Assembly: GCA_023129165.1 (NCBI GenBank)
Contig: JAGMCL010000111.1
Location: forward strand, 201-64,200
Reading direction: 5' to 3'
DNA from: a candidate division WOR-3 bacterium
Lineage (GTDB): Bacteria > Hydrothermota > UBA3073
Length of the DNA: 64,000 nucleotides
The notes under the pieces are model-generated. The model was given only the letters and a program-made list of their open reading frames with translations. It was not told the DNA's origin and searched no databases. This document shows, piece after piece, positions 51,201 through 60,543 of the stretch. A program made the position numbers and the translations under genes. The first letter of the stretch is position 1. Every line of letters begins with the position of its first letter.

Positions 51201-53418
51201 GAAGTGGAGCGAAACCATTGCGGCAATAGAATATTTGAGAGCAATGCAGGTTGCCTTAAGATATTATGTTGGGGTTGCAGACACATCTACCGGTGGCATA
51301 AGGGAAGGTACAATATTGTCGTTTTTCCCGGACAGTAGTGTATCAAAAACAATCCTATGTGAATTTATACCACGGGAAGTAATTGAGAAGTTTAAGGATA
51401 AATTCAGGGATGCAAAAGATGATTACGAGACCTGCCTGTTGCATATACAGCAACTTGTTGACAACGGCGAGGTTGATAGCGTAAGACTCCTCCTTCCCAC
51501 TCTTATAGAACTTGACCGCCAGTATTCATTTCAGTCTCGCATCTCAAAGGCACCAATACTTGCCGTTGCAGACACCGCATATGCCGAGGATACCGGTTTT
51601 GCTGATGAGCTATTTGATTTGCATATAAAATTTGTCAACTCAAATAGTGAGCGACATCGTGTAAATAATTTTATAAGGGCGTCTCTGGGTGATTCTACAT
51701 ATATAGACAGCGTTGATGCACAGGTGCCAGCAGTAATTGCGACAAATGATACACTGGAAGGGATGACATCGGCTCTATTGGATTCCATTAGTAGTTATCC
51801 CGCATCCCCCATAGTTTTGCCCTCATATTATCAGGTTAGAGATAGGGTTAGTGTGGGTGATACATTCAGCCTTCACGCAAGTATTATAAATGGTGGTGCA
51901 GGTGTTGCACATAATGTAAGGGCACGACTTATAACCCCATCTGAGATTAACATCACGGGTGAGAATGAATTTTATATCGGTGATTTAGAGAGTGGTGAAG
52001 AAGTTGAGGTTACCTGGTCGCTTATGTGCAGGGAAGCAGGAGGCCCTGTATCACTTATGATAGCACCCCGTGCAGATAACGGTAAATTTATGTCAAAAAC
52101 GGTAAATATTATGACCGAATATACGATAGCACCGGAGATAGGTGGGGTAACGGTTGACTCACAGTTGATAGAGCCTTATGATTATGTGGTTATCAATGCA
52201 TATGTCACGGGGGTTAAATCCATATACAGGGTATATGCATATATTACAAGGCCAGGTGAATCGTATATCCAGCAAGTCCGTCTTTATGACGATGGTTACC
52301 ATTACGACGGTGAGTCAGATGACCACCTTTACGGTGTCAGATGGAGAACACCCAATTATGCGAAGGATTATTATATCTCTATAACTGCAGAAGATATAAG
52401 TGGCAATACAAGGACACGCGGTAATGTAGTGGGATTTACAAGCAAGGAGTTTGAAAATGCAAATGCTTTACTCATTGTAAACGATAATCTTGATAGATAC
52501 GAAATTGTAAATGATGACACAACAATTATTGGAGGAGATATTGAAAGTTATTACAGAACCTCACTGGATAATCTGGGACACCCCTACGATATGTGGAGAA
52601 CCATCTGTAGAGGTACTCCTACAGATTTTGTGCTTGAGCTTTACAGAAAAGATGGATGCGCGATCTGGGGTAATGGAATCTATAAGGGTAGTATAATATC
52701 AGGTTTGGATGCTCAGAATGCTATTAAATGGTATTTAGGTCGTGAGGGCAAATTTTTTATAAGTGGTCAGGATATTGCCTGGGGTTTGACGCGAAATGGA
52801 AGTGATGTCAATACTCTCCTGGAGGATTATCTTAATACCACTTATCTTTTAGATGATTCAAGAGATTATGATCTTGAGGGAGTGAATGGTGACCCGATAT
52901 CCGATGGGTTAGATATCTCTATCTCAGGTGGTATTGGGGCAAATAATCAGAGATATCCTGATGTTATAGAGCCGACTGGTGAAGGCACATCGATATTTAA
53001 CTACAGTGCGGGGTTGTCTGGAGGAGTAAGGACAGAGGATAGGATTGTATACCTGTCCTTTGGGTTCGAGGGGATAGATTCTGATATAGATAGGGATAGT
53101 ATCCTTGCGAGGGTCTTGGATTACTTTGGGTTCGTTGGTATTCAGGAGAATGAGACTGAGATTATTCATGCTTTCAGAATATATCCTAATCCTTCTTCCA
53201 GATATTTGTGTCTAACGATACCAGGGTCATACAAAAGTAGCTTATTGAGTATATACGATCTATCCGGGAGGCTTTTGAGGAGTATAGATTTAAAGTGTGT
53301 GGATAAAGAAGGGAATACTCACTCTATTGATGTTAGTGATTTGCCTGCGGGAATATACTTTATCCGGGTAGAGACGCCTTCTAAGAAGTATATCCGTAAG
53401 ATAATACTGATAAGATAG
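48283..53418 (+). CDS. giant (1711-aa) secreted T9SS cargo with N-terminal PQQ-like beta-propeller and unknown middle and C-terminal domains
   Basis: Start moved to ATG 48283, preceded by GGAGG. Signal peptide. Six or more PQQ-like blades (TIYFYS ... GTVKW, TIYVALDDSIYAVNPDGSRKW, etc.). CTD is IYPNPS ... SIYDLSGRLL ... GIYFIRV. Confidence 0.7.
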   Translation: MRRFCILAGLFLCHALLFAQPADSPWPMYQHDAQHTGRVDVMGPESPHMDWIYEPTGSGISMPIIDEDSTIYFYSTVDTLFYALYPNGTVKWIYKYNGSGGISGECGVVSEDYIHFVRNTWETNGGSYWSYYHILNKDGTLYWQNDRGGSYWYYNRLYSSPIMGTDRTVYVVGDSGTVAAKDVKLYAFDDTLVQWTSFLKQAQSGHYYFSTPAVGPDGTIYVALDDSIYAVNPDGSRKWSVSRGNFAWADWQKYATVSVGSDSSVYFVSKFGGYDSLTAVDPSGNVMWRWGCPSSLYNIRTPAPSIGLGDTLYFIYGKYLMSLTADGDSIFTIPFDWWGNNLVVTQNMLYVVGRNPGALFAFTHSGKLKWRYNFDAWYIEGVAMGYDGIIGIDGDNRAFCIREGNYAVELLHPNGGENLSTLQPDTIRWSSQNVDSISLYYTLTGSDNIIDYTPIVEKIPNTDEYIWQPPDTSCSSVRVAVVATDSRGSILALDMSDSNFTIDNTHPESWVDSLPGFINSLSFEITWHGYDPGDGSGLDYFDVQYKDGDGSWIDWLMETTDTTKIFTGQENHRYYLRCRGVDKSGNVEPYPSYDTYTYIDITHPTITDVTPIEDGLAGTEPVIHAVVGDPSPGSGLVLDSIKVVFDDTLAYHYPGGVTYDDYTGEVGFKWYCAPLSYGMHTMTISAMDLATNWFSVNRNFNASWFVDKKWELVGNMGRLGGDDTCTLYDESQTEEYLLQLLIDDYAPFERLCLGEDVMFRLECWTGGAVWDFMWAFTDLKILSDGCVDNIRRQVETWVAEDSAAYADSIESATDMVGRIVDEYEEFIDIGISIVDEVYGTGFGDVKTYISVIYDLTSPNDDEIIYQFRQMATRIVMNSFLRITQPSLDDILNNAITHNFTGTYGEAQQATGGLMTPDQYPDGSVLKIYKDWYEAADDSICDYIWTAQGFEFVSYLFGIFGAPIGGFDFGVIFQKWSETIAAIEYLRAMQVALRYYVGVADTSTGGIREGTILSFFPDSSVSKTILCEFIPREVIEKFKDKFRDAKDDYETCLLHIQQLVDNGEVDSVRLLLPTLIELDRQYSFQSRISKAPILAVADTAYAEDTGFADELFDLHIKFVNSNSERHRVNNFIRASLGDSTYIDSVDAQVPAVIATNDTLEGMTSALLDSISSYPASPIVLPSYYQVRDRVSVGDTFSLHASIINGGAGVAHNVRARLITPSEINITGENEFYIGDLESGEEVEVTWSLMCREAGGPVSLMIAPRADNGKFMSKTVNIMTEYTIAPEIGGVTVDSQLIEPYDYVVINAYVTGVKSIYRVYAYITRPGESYIQQVRLYDDGYHYDGESDDHLYGVRWRTPNYAKDYYISITAEDISGNTRTRGNVVGFTSKEFENANALLIVNDNLDRYEIVNDDTTIIGGDIESYYRTSLDNLGHPYDMWRTICRGTPTDFVLELYRKDGCAIWGNGIYKGSIISGLDAQNAIKWYLGREGKFFISGQDIAWGLTRNGSDVNTLLEDYLNTTYLLDDSRDYDLEGVNGDPISDGLDISISGGIGANNQRYPDVIEPTGEGTSIFNYSAGLSGGVRTEDRIVYLSFGFEGIDSDIDRDSILARVLDYFGFVGIQENETEIIHAFRIYPNPSSRYLCLTIPGSYKSSLLSIYDLSGRLLRSIDLKCVDKEGNTHSIDVSDLPAGIYFIRVETPSKKYIRKIILIR

Positions 53419-53442
53419 TATCAATGACCATAAGTCAACATA

Positions 53443-53512
53443 TGTAGGGCAAACCCTGCCTACCGGCAGGCAGGCTTCAGGTTTGCTTTTACGCAAGGGT
53501 TAAGCTCTTACC
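53443..53512 (-). repeat. compound REP-like palindromic element, downstream inverted copy
   Basis: Reverse complement matches 47930-48003. Confidence 0.7.
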
Positions 53513-53572
53513 ATACTAGTCTATATTTAGTAGAGATTTCGTAACCGTAGAACAATACGGACTAACGATGAT

Positions 53573-54754
53573 ATGATGATATTAGCAATCCTATTAATTA
53601 TAACTCAATCTCCTGACTCTGTCATTGAATATAACCATACGATGCAGAGGGGTAGCACACTTAGTGAGGCGATTGAAATGAGTGGTCTGGGAAAAGATTC
53701 CTATGTGAAACTGATAACACTACTTGAAGACAGCGTAGATGTGAGGAAGTGCTATCCAGGTGATAAAATAAATATTAAAAGGTCAGGAAATAAGATTGTT
53801 GAATTCAGCTTCGAAGGCAAGTACCTTACATACAGTGTAGATAGTCTTTACAGGTTTAAGAGGGAGAAGGAGAAGCTTCTTTTAACACTTATCCATGGTT
53901 ACATAGATGGAGGGTTTTTATGGGAAGCCATTGTATCAAACGGTGGCTCTCCGAATCTTGTATATAGGTTTACAGATGAGATATTTATCTGGGATATAGA
54001 TTTTAATGTTGAAACAAGGACTGGGGATGAATTTTTGGTTATTGTATATAAAAGGTATATGGGAGATAGATTTCTTGGATTTGGGAATATACTATATGCA
54101 TCCTATAAGCAAGTAAGAAGAGAGTTAAGAGCATATTACTATACTCCTGAAGGCAAGAGACCTGACTATTATAACTTAGAAGGCAAATCTTTACAGCGAG
54201 TGTTTCTAAGAGCACCTCTATCATATACAAGGATAAGTTCGAGATTCAGTAAGTCCCGATTACATCCAATCTTACGTATAAGAAGACCCCATCTTGGGGT
54301 AGACTACGCTGCGCCAATAGGCACACCTGTAAAGACCATCGGGGATGGAAAGGTAATATTGAGAAAATGGAATGGTGGTTATGGAAATCAGGTAGTTATT
54401 CAACATGGTTCGAGATATAAGAGTTATTATGGGCATCTTTCAAGGTTTGTATCAAGGGTAAAAAAGGGCAGTTATGTTAAACAGGGAGATATAATTGGAT
54501 ACGTAGGTTCTACAGGACTCTCCACAGGTCCGCATCTCGACTTTAGAATTAAAAGGGATGGGAGGTGGATAGACCCATTAAAGCTTGATCCCCCATCAAG
54601 AAAAGACCCCATCTCACAAGAAGAGATGGAGTCTTTTAAAGAATATAAAGAACATATCTTCTCCCTGCAGAGGCAGCTCGAGACATGCAGGAATCTTTCT
54701 CATATGTTGGGAATAAGAAATAGCCTTATTAAATCAGAGGTTAAGCAGCCTTAA
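53573..54754 (+). CDS. M23-family peptidase with N-terminal OapA/LysM-like region
   Basis: HLGVDYAAPIGTPV ... GHLS ... GSTGLSTGPHLDFRI. Confidence 0.75.
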   Translation: MMILAILLIITQSPDSVIEYNHTMQRGSTLSEAIEMSGLGKDSYVKLITLLEDSVDVRKCYPGDKINIKRSGNKIVEFSFEGKYLTYSVDSLYRFKREKEKLLLTLIHGYIDGGFLWEAIVSNGGSPNLVYRFTDEIFIWDIDFNVETRTGDEFLVIVYKRYMGDRFLGFGNILYASYKQVRRELRAYYYTPEGKRPDYYNLEGKSLQRVFLRAPLSYTRISSRFSKSRLHPILRIRRPHLGVDYAAPIGTPVKTIGDGKVILRKWNGGYGNQVVIQHGSRYKSYYGHLSRFVSRVKKGSYVKQGDIIGYVGSTGLSTGPHLDFRIKRDGRWIDPLKLDPPSRKDPISQEEMESFKEYKEHIFSLQRQLETCRNLSHMLGIRNSLIKSEVKQP

Positions 54755-54998
54755 GTTGAGATAGTTTCTTGGTAAGTCTTGATTTCTTTCTTGCTGCTGT
54801 ATTTTTGTGTATAATTTTCTTTTTTGCTGCCTTATCTATTGCAGAGTATGCCTCTGAAAGTGTGATTTTCTTTTTCTTCGGTGTAGCTGCAATTGCAGTA
54901 ACTATCTTCGTTTTCATACGTCTCTTATACCCTATATTTCTTGATTTCTTGACTTTATCCTGTCTTATTCTTTTCCTTGTCGAAGGCGTATGCGCCAT
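54741..54998 (-). CDS. rpsT: 30S ribosomal protein S20
   Basis: 85 aa and highly basic. Start MAHTPSTRKRIRQ and the helical Lys/Ala-rich composition are typical of S20. Confidence 0.75.
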   Translation of the reverse strand: MAHTPSTRKRIRQDKVKKSRNIGYKRRMKTKIVTAIAATPKKKKITLSEAYSAIDKAAKKKIIHKNTAARKKSRLTKKLSQLKAA

Positions 54999-55180
54999 TA
55001 TCCCTCCAGATATGTTTTGAATTTTATTATTAATTATAATTACACGCAGATTATAACATAAATTTTATTATATGTCAAGAAAAAAGTTGACATAGAGAAT
55101 TATATGTGTTGTTATTTTTATTGATATCATACTATGTGCTGTAATATAAGATACTTATAACTATTTTTATAAAAAATATC

Positions 55181-55209
55181 TTGACTTTTTATTAAATGTA
55201 TGTTATCAT
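55181..55209 (+). promoter_or_regulatory. sigma70-like promoter, TTGACT-17-TATCAT
   Basis: Upstream of the inositol-phosphate synthase gene. Confidence 0.35.
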
Positions 55210-55322
55210 ATAGGGTTATCTTATATATAGTTTTTATAAACTTTTAAAAGTATAAACTATAATTTACTTCTCCACTGCGGTTGTGTTAAACACAATGGAA
55301 GTAGATAAAAAAAGGAGGTTCT

Positions 55323-56417
55323 ATGGGTAAGATAAGAGTGGGTATTATTGGTGTGGGTAATTGTGCATCTTCACTTGTTCAGGGTATATATTTTTACAGG
55401 AATATAAGCGATAAAGAGTTAATCCCCGGCATAATGCATACAAACTTTGGAGGATATAGAATTAGTGATATAGAATTCTCCTGCGCATTTGATATAGATA
55501 TAAACAAGGTTAAGAAGGATCTTGCAGTTGCAATTTTTAAAAAACCAAACAATACATATAAATTCTGTGATGTCCCGAAACTTAACATCCCTGTGTTGAG
55601 AGGAATGACCCATGATGGCATCGGAAAGTATCTTGCTCCTATTATAAAGATTGCTCCTGGTTCTACGGTTGATATGATCAGGGTTTTGAGAGAGACAAAA
55701 ACAGATATGTGTATTAGCTACTTACCAGTTGGAAGTGAGGAGGCTACAAAATGGTATGTAGAACAATTATTACAGGCTGGAGTTGGATTAATAAATTGTA
55801 TACCCGCTTTCGTAGCTTCTCAGAAATATTGGAATGATAGATTTAAAAGTGCCGGTTTACCAATAATAGGTGATGACATAAAATCACAGGTTGGAGCAAC
55901 GATAGTTCATAGAGTTCTTGTAAACCTATTCAAAGATAGGGGGGTTAAGCTTGAACGCACATATCAATTGAATGTAGGAGGAAATACCGATTTTCTAAAT
56001 ATGCTTGAAAGGGAAAGACTCGAATCTAAAAAGATGTCAAAAACTCAGGCGGTTACTTCACAACTGTCATATAAGCTCCCTGATGAAGATATTCATGTTG
56101 GTCCATCTGACTATATTCCCTGGTTAAAAGATAGGAAATTTGCATTTATGAGACTTGAAGGAACTACCTTTGGTAATGTTCCTCTTACGGCTGAGCTCAA
56201 ACTTGAGGTCTGGGATTCTCCTAATTCAGCAGGGGTTGTTATCGATGCCATAAGAGCACTCAAGATTGCTTTAGATGCAGGCTTATCCGGGAGTATAATT
56301 GAACCCTCTTCATATTTCATGAAGTCCCCACCTGTACAGTTTACTGATGATATTGCTCGAGACAAGGTAGAGGAGTTTATTAAAAAATATTCTAGTTCAA
56401 ACAAGAAAGAAAAATAA
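55323..56417 (+). CDS. myo-inositol-1-phosphate synthase (archaeal/bacterial short type)
   Basis: N-terminal [20 protein letters not shown] Rossmann motif. About 360 aa, typical of the short MIPS type. Confidence 0.75.
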   Translation: MGKIRVGIIGVGNCASSLVQGIYFYRNISDKELIPGIMHTNFGGYRISDIEFSCAFDIDINKVKKDLAVAIFKKPNNTYKFCDVPKLNIPVLRGMTHDGIGKYLAPIIKIAPGSTVDMIRVLRETKTDMCISYLPVGSEEATKWYVEQLLQAGVGLINCIPAFVASQKYWNDRFKSAGLPIIGDDIKSQVGATIVHRVLVNLFKDRGVKLERTYQLNVGGNTDFLNMLERERLESKKMSKTQAVTSQLSYKLPDEDIHVGPSDYIPWLKDRKFAFMRLEGTTFGNVPLTAELKLEVWDSPNSAGVVIDAIRALKIALDAGLSGSIIEPSSYFMKSPPVQFTDDIARDKVEEFIKKYSSSNKKEK

Positions 56418-56426
56418 GAGGTAACT

Positions 56427-57047
56427 ATGACTGAACTCCTTATTACATTTGAGGGTATAGAGGGAAGTGGAAAGTCTGTACAAGCAAAACTTCTATATGA
56501 TTACTTTCAAGAAAAGGATATCTCCTCAATATTAACAAGAGAACCGGGTGGTTCTGATCTTTCAGAGAAAGTAAGGGAAATACTTCTTGACCGCCAACAC
56601 CTTGATATGGTTCCCTATACAGAATTGTTTCTCTATCTTGCTGCAAGAGCTCAACATACCCAGGAAGTCATAAAACCTGCCCTTGCGCAGGGCAAGATTG
56701 TTATATGTGATAGATATATAGATGCATCTATCGTATATCAAGGAGATGGGAGAGGAATATCTAAAACACTTATAACGCAGCTCAATAAGACTTCAACCGG
56801 GGGCTTAGTGCCAAATTTAACCTTTCTTTTAGATATTGAGCCTGAGATTGCACTTAAGAGAATTGAAAGAAAAGATAGGCTTGAGTCTGAATCACTGGAG
56901 TTTCACAACCGTGTCAGAGGTGGTTATCTAAAACTTCATAGACAGAATCCAGATAGGTTTGTACTTCTCGATGGTACTAAATCTATAGAAAAATTACATA
57001 ATGAGATAAAGGATATATTTGAGGCAAGAATGATGAAGTTGGAATAG
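56427..57047 (+). CDS. tmk: thymidylate kinase
   Basis: P-loop FEGIEGSGKS, plus REPGGS and DRY motifs. Confidence 0.85.
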   Translation: MTELLITFEGIEGSGKSVQAKLLYDYFQEKDISSILTREPGGSDLSEKVREILLDRQHLDMVPYTELFLYLAARAQHTQEVIKPALAQGKIVICDRYIDASIVYQGDGRGISKTLITQLNKTSTGGLVPNLTFLLDIEPEIALKRIERKDRLESESLEFHNRVRGGYLKLHRQNPDRFVLLDGTKSIEKLHNEIKDIFEARMMKLE

Positions 57048-57251
57048 ATAGAGAGTGAATCTCCCATTCTTCTGGAATTGGTGGATGAGCATGGTAATCT
57101 CATCTCTAATTACTATCCCTAATATGAGATTGTTTCACTCTGATGGTCGTTGGAATTCGCAATGACAGACCAGACCCGTATCACATAGCTTTGGAATATT
57201 GTTAAAAATTCTAACTTGTGTATTGTTTTTTACAGTTTTGATTACCCACCA

Positions 57252-60200
57252 ATGTATCTTGAATCTATTTCTATCTCCGGTTTTAAGTCGTTTCCCCATA
57301 AAACAATCATAAAATATCACCCTGGAATAAATTGCATTATAGGTCCAAATGGATGTGGAAAATCCAATATTATAGATGCAATTAGATGGGCACTTGGTGA
57401 AAGCAGAACTTCACTTCTCAGAGCAAAGACCATGCAAGAGTTGATATTTCATGGAACCGAAAGGAGACCCCAGAAAGGAATGGCAGAGGTATCACTATGT
57501 TTTCTTAATGATGGGATACTACCCATAAAGTCAAGTGAGATAGTTATTTCAAGAAAACTTACACGATCTGGAGAGAATGAATTTTATTTAAATGATAAAA
57601 GAGTACTACAAAGAGATATTGTAGAGTTGTTTGAGTCGATAAACCCGCAGGGTTATTCCCTTCTATCACGAGAGGAGATAGATTCTGTTCTTTCGGGTGA
57701 TCCATACTATCGAAGAAGAACAGTAGAAGAAGTCGCTGGTGTAGTAACATATAGAAACCATAAATTAAGTACTCTATCGAAACTTGAGCGTATGAAAACA
57801 GATATAGAGAAATTGGATAATGTTATAAGCGAAGTCTCTGCAAGAGAGATAGAGCTTCGTAGTGCAGCAAGGAGGGCAGTCAAATACGAAAACCTGAAGA
57901 GGGATATTGGGCATATAAGGTGGACACTTTTGAAGGATATGACAGCACAGATTGATAAGAAGTTAGAAACTATATCATCGTTAATCACTAAGGAAAAAGG
58001 ATTACAGAAAAAGGTAAAAGATTTAGAGAAATCAAAAGCATCTATTATGGGTAGAAAAAAAGAACTGGAAGAAAGAGGAAAAGAGATAGGAAACAGGATG
58101 CTTCAACTTGAGAAACAGGAGTCTTCGCTTAAAGAAAAAAGAGAGAACCTCAAGTATCGATTGGATGAGATTCTTAAACAGAGAGATAGAATAATGAAAG
58201 ATTTGTTAAAGGTTGGAAAGACAAGGAAAGATGTTGATAATAATTACAAGAAAATTCTTAAACGTATCGATTCGGAAAGAGATGAAATAAAATTATATCC
58301 TGAAGTTGATGAAACACTATATGAGAAAAGAGATGAGATTATCAGGGGAATTGAGTCATTGAAAAAAGAGAGTGCTTCTGTAAGAGAAAATCTCATCATA
58401 ACAAAGACAATAGTTGAGAGCAATAAGAAGAGAAGAGAACACATAAGGGAGGAACTGGAGAGAACTAAGCAGAGAAAAGGTGTTGCAGAAAAAGAGCTTA
58501 AGAAAACATTGGGATTATCTGAAAACTTGAAGCCACCCGCAAGAGATATGGAGGAAATAGAGGATTCTATACAAAAGCTTGAACAGGAACGTGCAAGATT
58601 GTTGATTTATGTGAAAGACGTTATTTCTGATGAGGATTATGTAAAACTTGGTGATGTTATTACAGCGAAGAAGGGCAAAGAAAGGATTGTTTATGGAGCA
58701 CTTGGTTCAGTTTTGTCCTGTATACTTGTTAATAAACTTGAAGAGGTTGTTTTCTCTGATGGTAAAAGAAAAGAATTTATATGTCCAGATTTGCTGCCTG
58801 ATTGGAATTTTAAGGAAAATTATGAGGATTTGTCAACTTTCGTTAACTTGGACCATGATTATAAATACCTTGAATCGATTTTACATATATTCATTGTGAC
58901 CTCAGATATAAAATCTGCAATTTCCCTTCGAAAAAAGGGGCTTAATCTACCTATCGTCACTAAGAATGGAGAATTACTGACATATCTTGGTATACTTGAA
59001 GTAGGAGAACCTGAGATTAAAATTAGTAAAACTAGATTAGAAAAGGAGCTTGAAGAGGTAGAGAAAAAGATAAAGGAGAAACGGAAACTGTTGGATGAAA
59101 GACGAACTGCAAAGATAGCCTATGAAAGGAAAAGTGTGACACTGAGTCTAAGAATAAAGGAACTAAAGGTGGATATTAAGGAAATGGATAAAACTCTTAA
59201 TGATCTGAAGAAGGAACTAAAGGATGATGTCCAGGTTGATATGAAATCCCCGGAAGAGACACTTTTAAAGTTGACAGAACTTATTAGAGAAAAAGAGAAG
59301 GGCAGAGATAAGATTGAGAGTGATGTTGCTTATGTGAATAGACTTATTGAGGCGAGAAAGAAAGAAGAATTAGAAATCTCAAAATTTGAAAATGAATCGA
59401 GGTTTTTAGATAAGGAATTAAATGGTTATGATAAAAACCTTGAAGAGTTAAGAAAGAATCTTTCTTCAGTCACAGAAAAAGAGAGGGGAGTAAAGCAAAA
59501 CCTTGATGAGGTGACTTTTTCATATAAAGGTGTTACTAAAGAACTAAAGGATTTAAGAAAGGAAACAGAGGATTTTTCAGATATAGAACTTGTTGGTGGT
59601 ATTACTGATCTTTTTGAATTTGAAAAGGAGATAGAAAGGAGTAGAAATTCGCTGTATTCAATCAGGGAGGAACGGCATTCTCAGGAGCTTGAAATAACAC
59701 GTTTAGAAACCAGAACTAAGGAGATTGAGAGTAAGGGTGTAATTAGACCAGAGAAGTCATATCTTATTGATGATATTAATGAGAGATTGGAAAATTATGA
59801 GAAAAGACTCCAGTTAATGCAACCGGTGAATCCACTTGCTATCAAGGAACATGAGGAAATAAAACAAAGATTAACGTTCCTTCAAGAGGAAAGGGAAGAC
59901 ATAATTCGTTCACGGTCTATAATTGAGGAAACAATAAACCTACTTGACGAACAGGCACGAAATAAAGTAAGGGAAGCAATGGTGAAAATAAATAAAAAGT
60001 TTAACGATATCTTCCAGATACTCTTTCAGGGGGGTGAAGCGAGACTTTTACTTAACGATGGAGATCCTCTTGTAGCCAATGTTGATATAGTTGTTTCTCC
60101 CAAGGGGAAAAAACTTAGAAGGATTGAGCAACTCTCTACCGGAGAAAGGACTCTTTCCGTGATAGCTCTTTTTTTTGGGGTTTACGAACTTAAACCCACT

Positions 60201-60410
60201 CCCTTTATGATACTTGATGAGGTTGATGCACCTCTGGATGATGCAAACTTATTTAGATTCCTCTCATTGATAAAAAGACGAGCAGAGAAAACCCAGTATA
60301 TACTAATTACTCATAATAAACAGACTATGGAATCAGCAAATTACCTTTATGGTGTGACTATGGAAGAACCTGGTGTATCAAAGATTGTTTCTGTGAGATT
60401 GCGTGAATGA
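57252..60410 (+). CDS. smc: SMC chromosome segregation protein
   Basis: Walker A GPNGCGKSN, long coiled coils, a hinge-like segment, and C-terminal LSTGERTLSVIAL ... ILDEVDAPLD. Start placed at MYLES. Confidence 0.8.
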   Translation: MYLESISISGFKSFPHKTIIKYHPGINCIIGPNGCGKSNIIDAIRWALGESRTSLLRAKTMQELIFHGTERRPQKGMAEVSLCFLNDGILPIKSSEIVISRKLTRSGENEFYLNDKRVLQRDIVELFESINPQGYSLLSREEIDSVLSGDPYYRRRTVEEVAGVVTYRNHKLSTLSKLERMKTDIEKLDNVISEVSAREIELRSAARRAVKYENLKRDIGHIRWTLLKDMTAQIDKKLETISSLITKEKGLQKKVKDLEKSKASIMGRKKELEERGKEIGNRMLQLEKQESSLKEKRENLKYRLDEILKQRDRIMKDLLKVGKTRKDVDNNYKKILKRIDSERDEIKLYPEVDETLYEKRDEIIRGIESLKKESASVRENLIITKTIVESNKKRREHIREELERTKQRKGVAEKELKKTLGLSENLKPPARDMEEIEDSIQKLEQERARLLIYVKDVISDEDYVKLGDVITAKKGKERIVYGALGSVLSCILVNKLEEVVFSDGKRKEFICPDLLPDWNFKENYEDLSTFVNLDHDYKYLESILHIFIVTSDIKSAISLRKKGLNLPIVTKNGELLTYLGILEVGEPEIKISKTRLEKELEEVEKKIKEKRKLLDERRTAKIAYERKSVTLSLRIKELKVDIKEMDKTLNDLKKELKDDVQVDMKSPEETLLKLTELIREKEKGRDKIESDVAYVNRLIEARKKEELEISKFENESRFLDKELNGYDKNLEELRKNLSSVTEKERGVKQNLDEVTFSYKGVTKELKDLRKETEDFSDIELVGGITDLFEFEKEIERSRNSLYSIREERHSQELEITRLETRTKEIESKGVIRPEKSYLIDDINERLENYEKRLQLMQPVNPLAIKEHEEIKQRLTFLQEEREDIIRSRSIIEETINLLDEQARNKVREAMVKINKKFNDIFQILFQGGEARLLLNDGDPLVANVDIVVSPKGKKLRRIEQLSTGERTLSVIALFFGVYELKPTPFMILDEVDAPLDDANLFRFLSLIKRRAEKTQYILITHNKQTMESANYLYGVTMEEPGVSKIVSVRLRE

Positions 60411-60468
60411 TTCACATATTATAAAGAGAGCTCAAAGGTAGTTTTTAAAGAGCTCTCGAAAATATTTC

Positions 60469-60497
60469 TTGACAAAATATAAAAATAAGTGTATAAT
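60469..60497 (+). promoter_or_regulatory. sigma70-like promoter, TTGACA-17-TATAAT
   Basis: Upstream of yloV. Confidence 0.45.
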
Positions 60498-60543
60498 TTA
60501 ATTAGGAAATTTTTCTTTAATTTATTAAATTTTTAAACTAATT

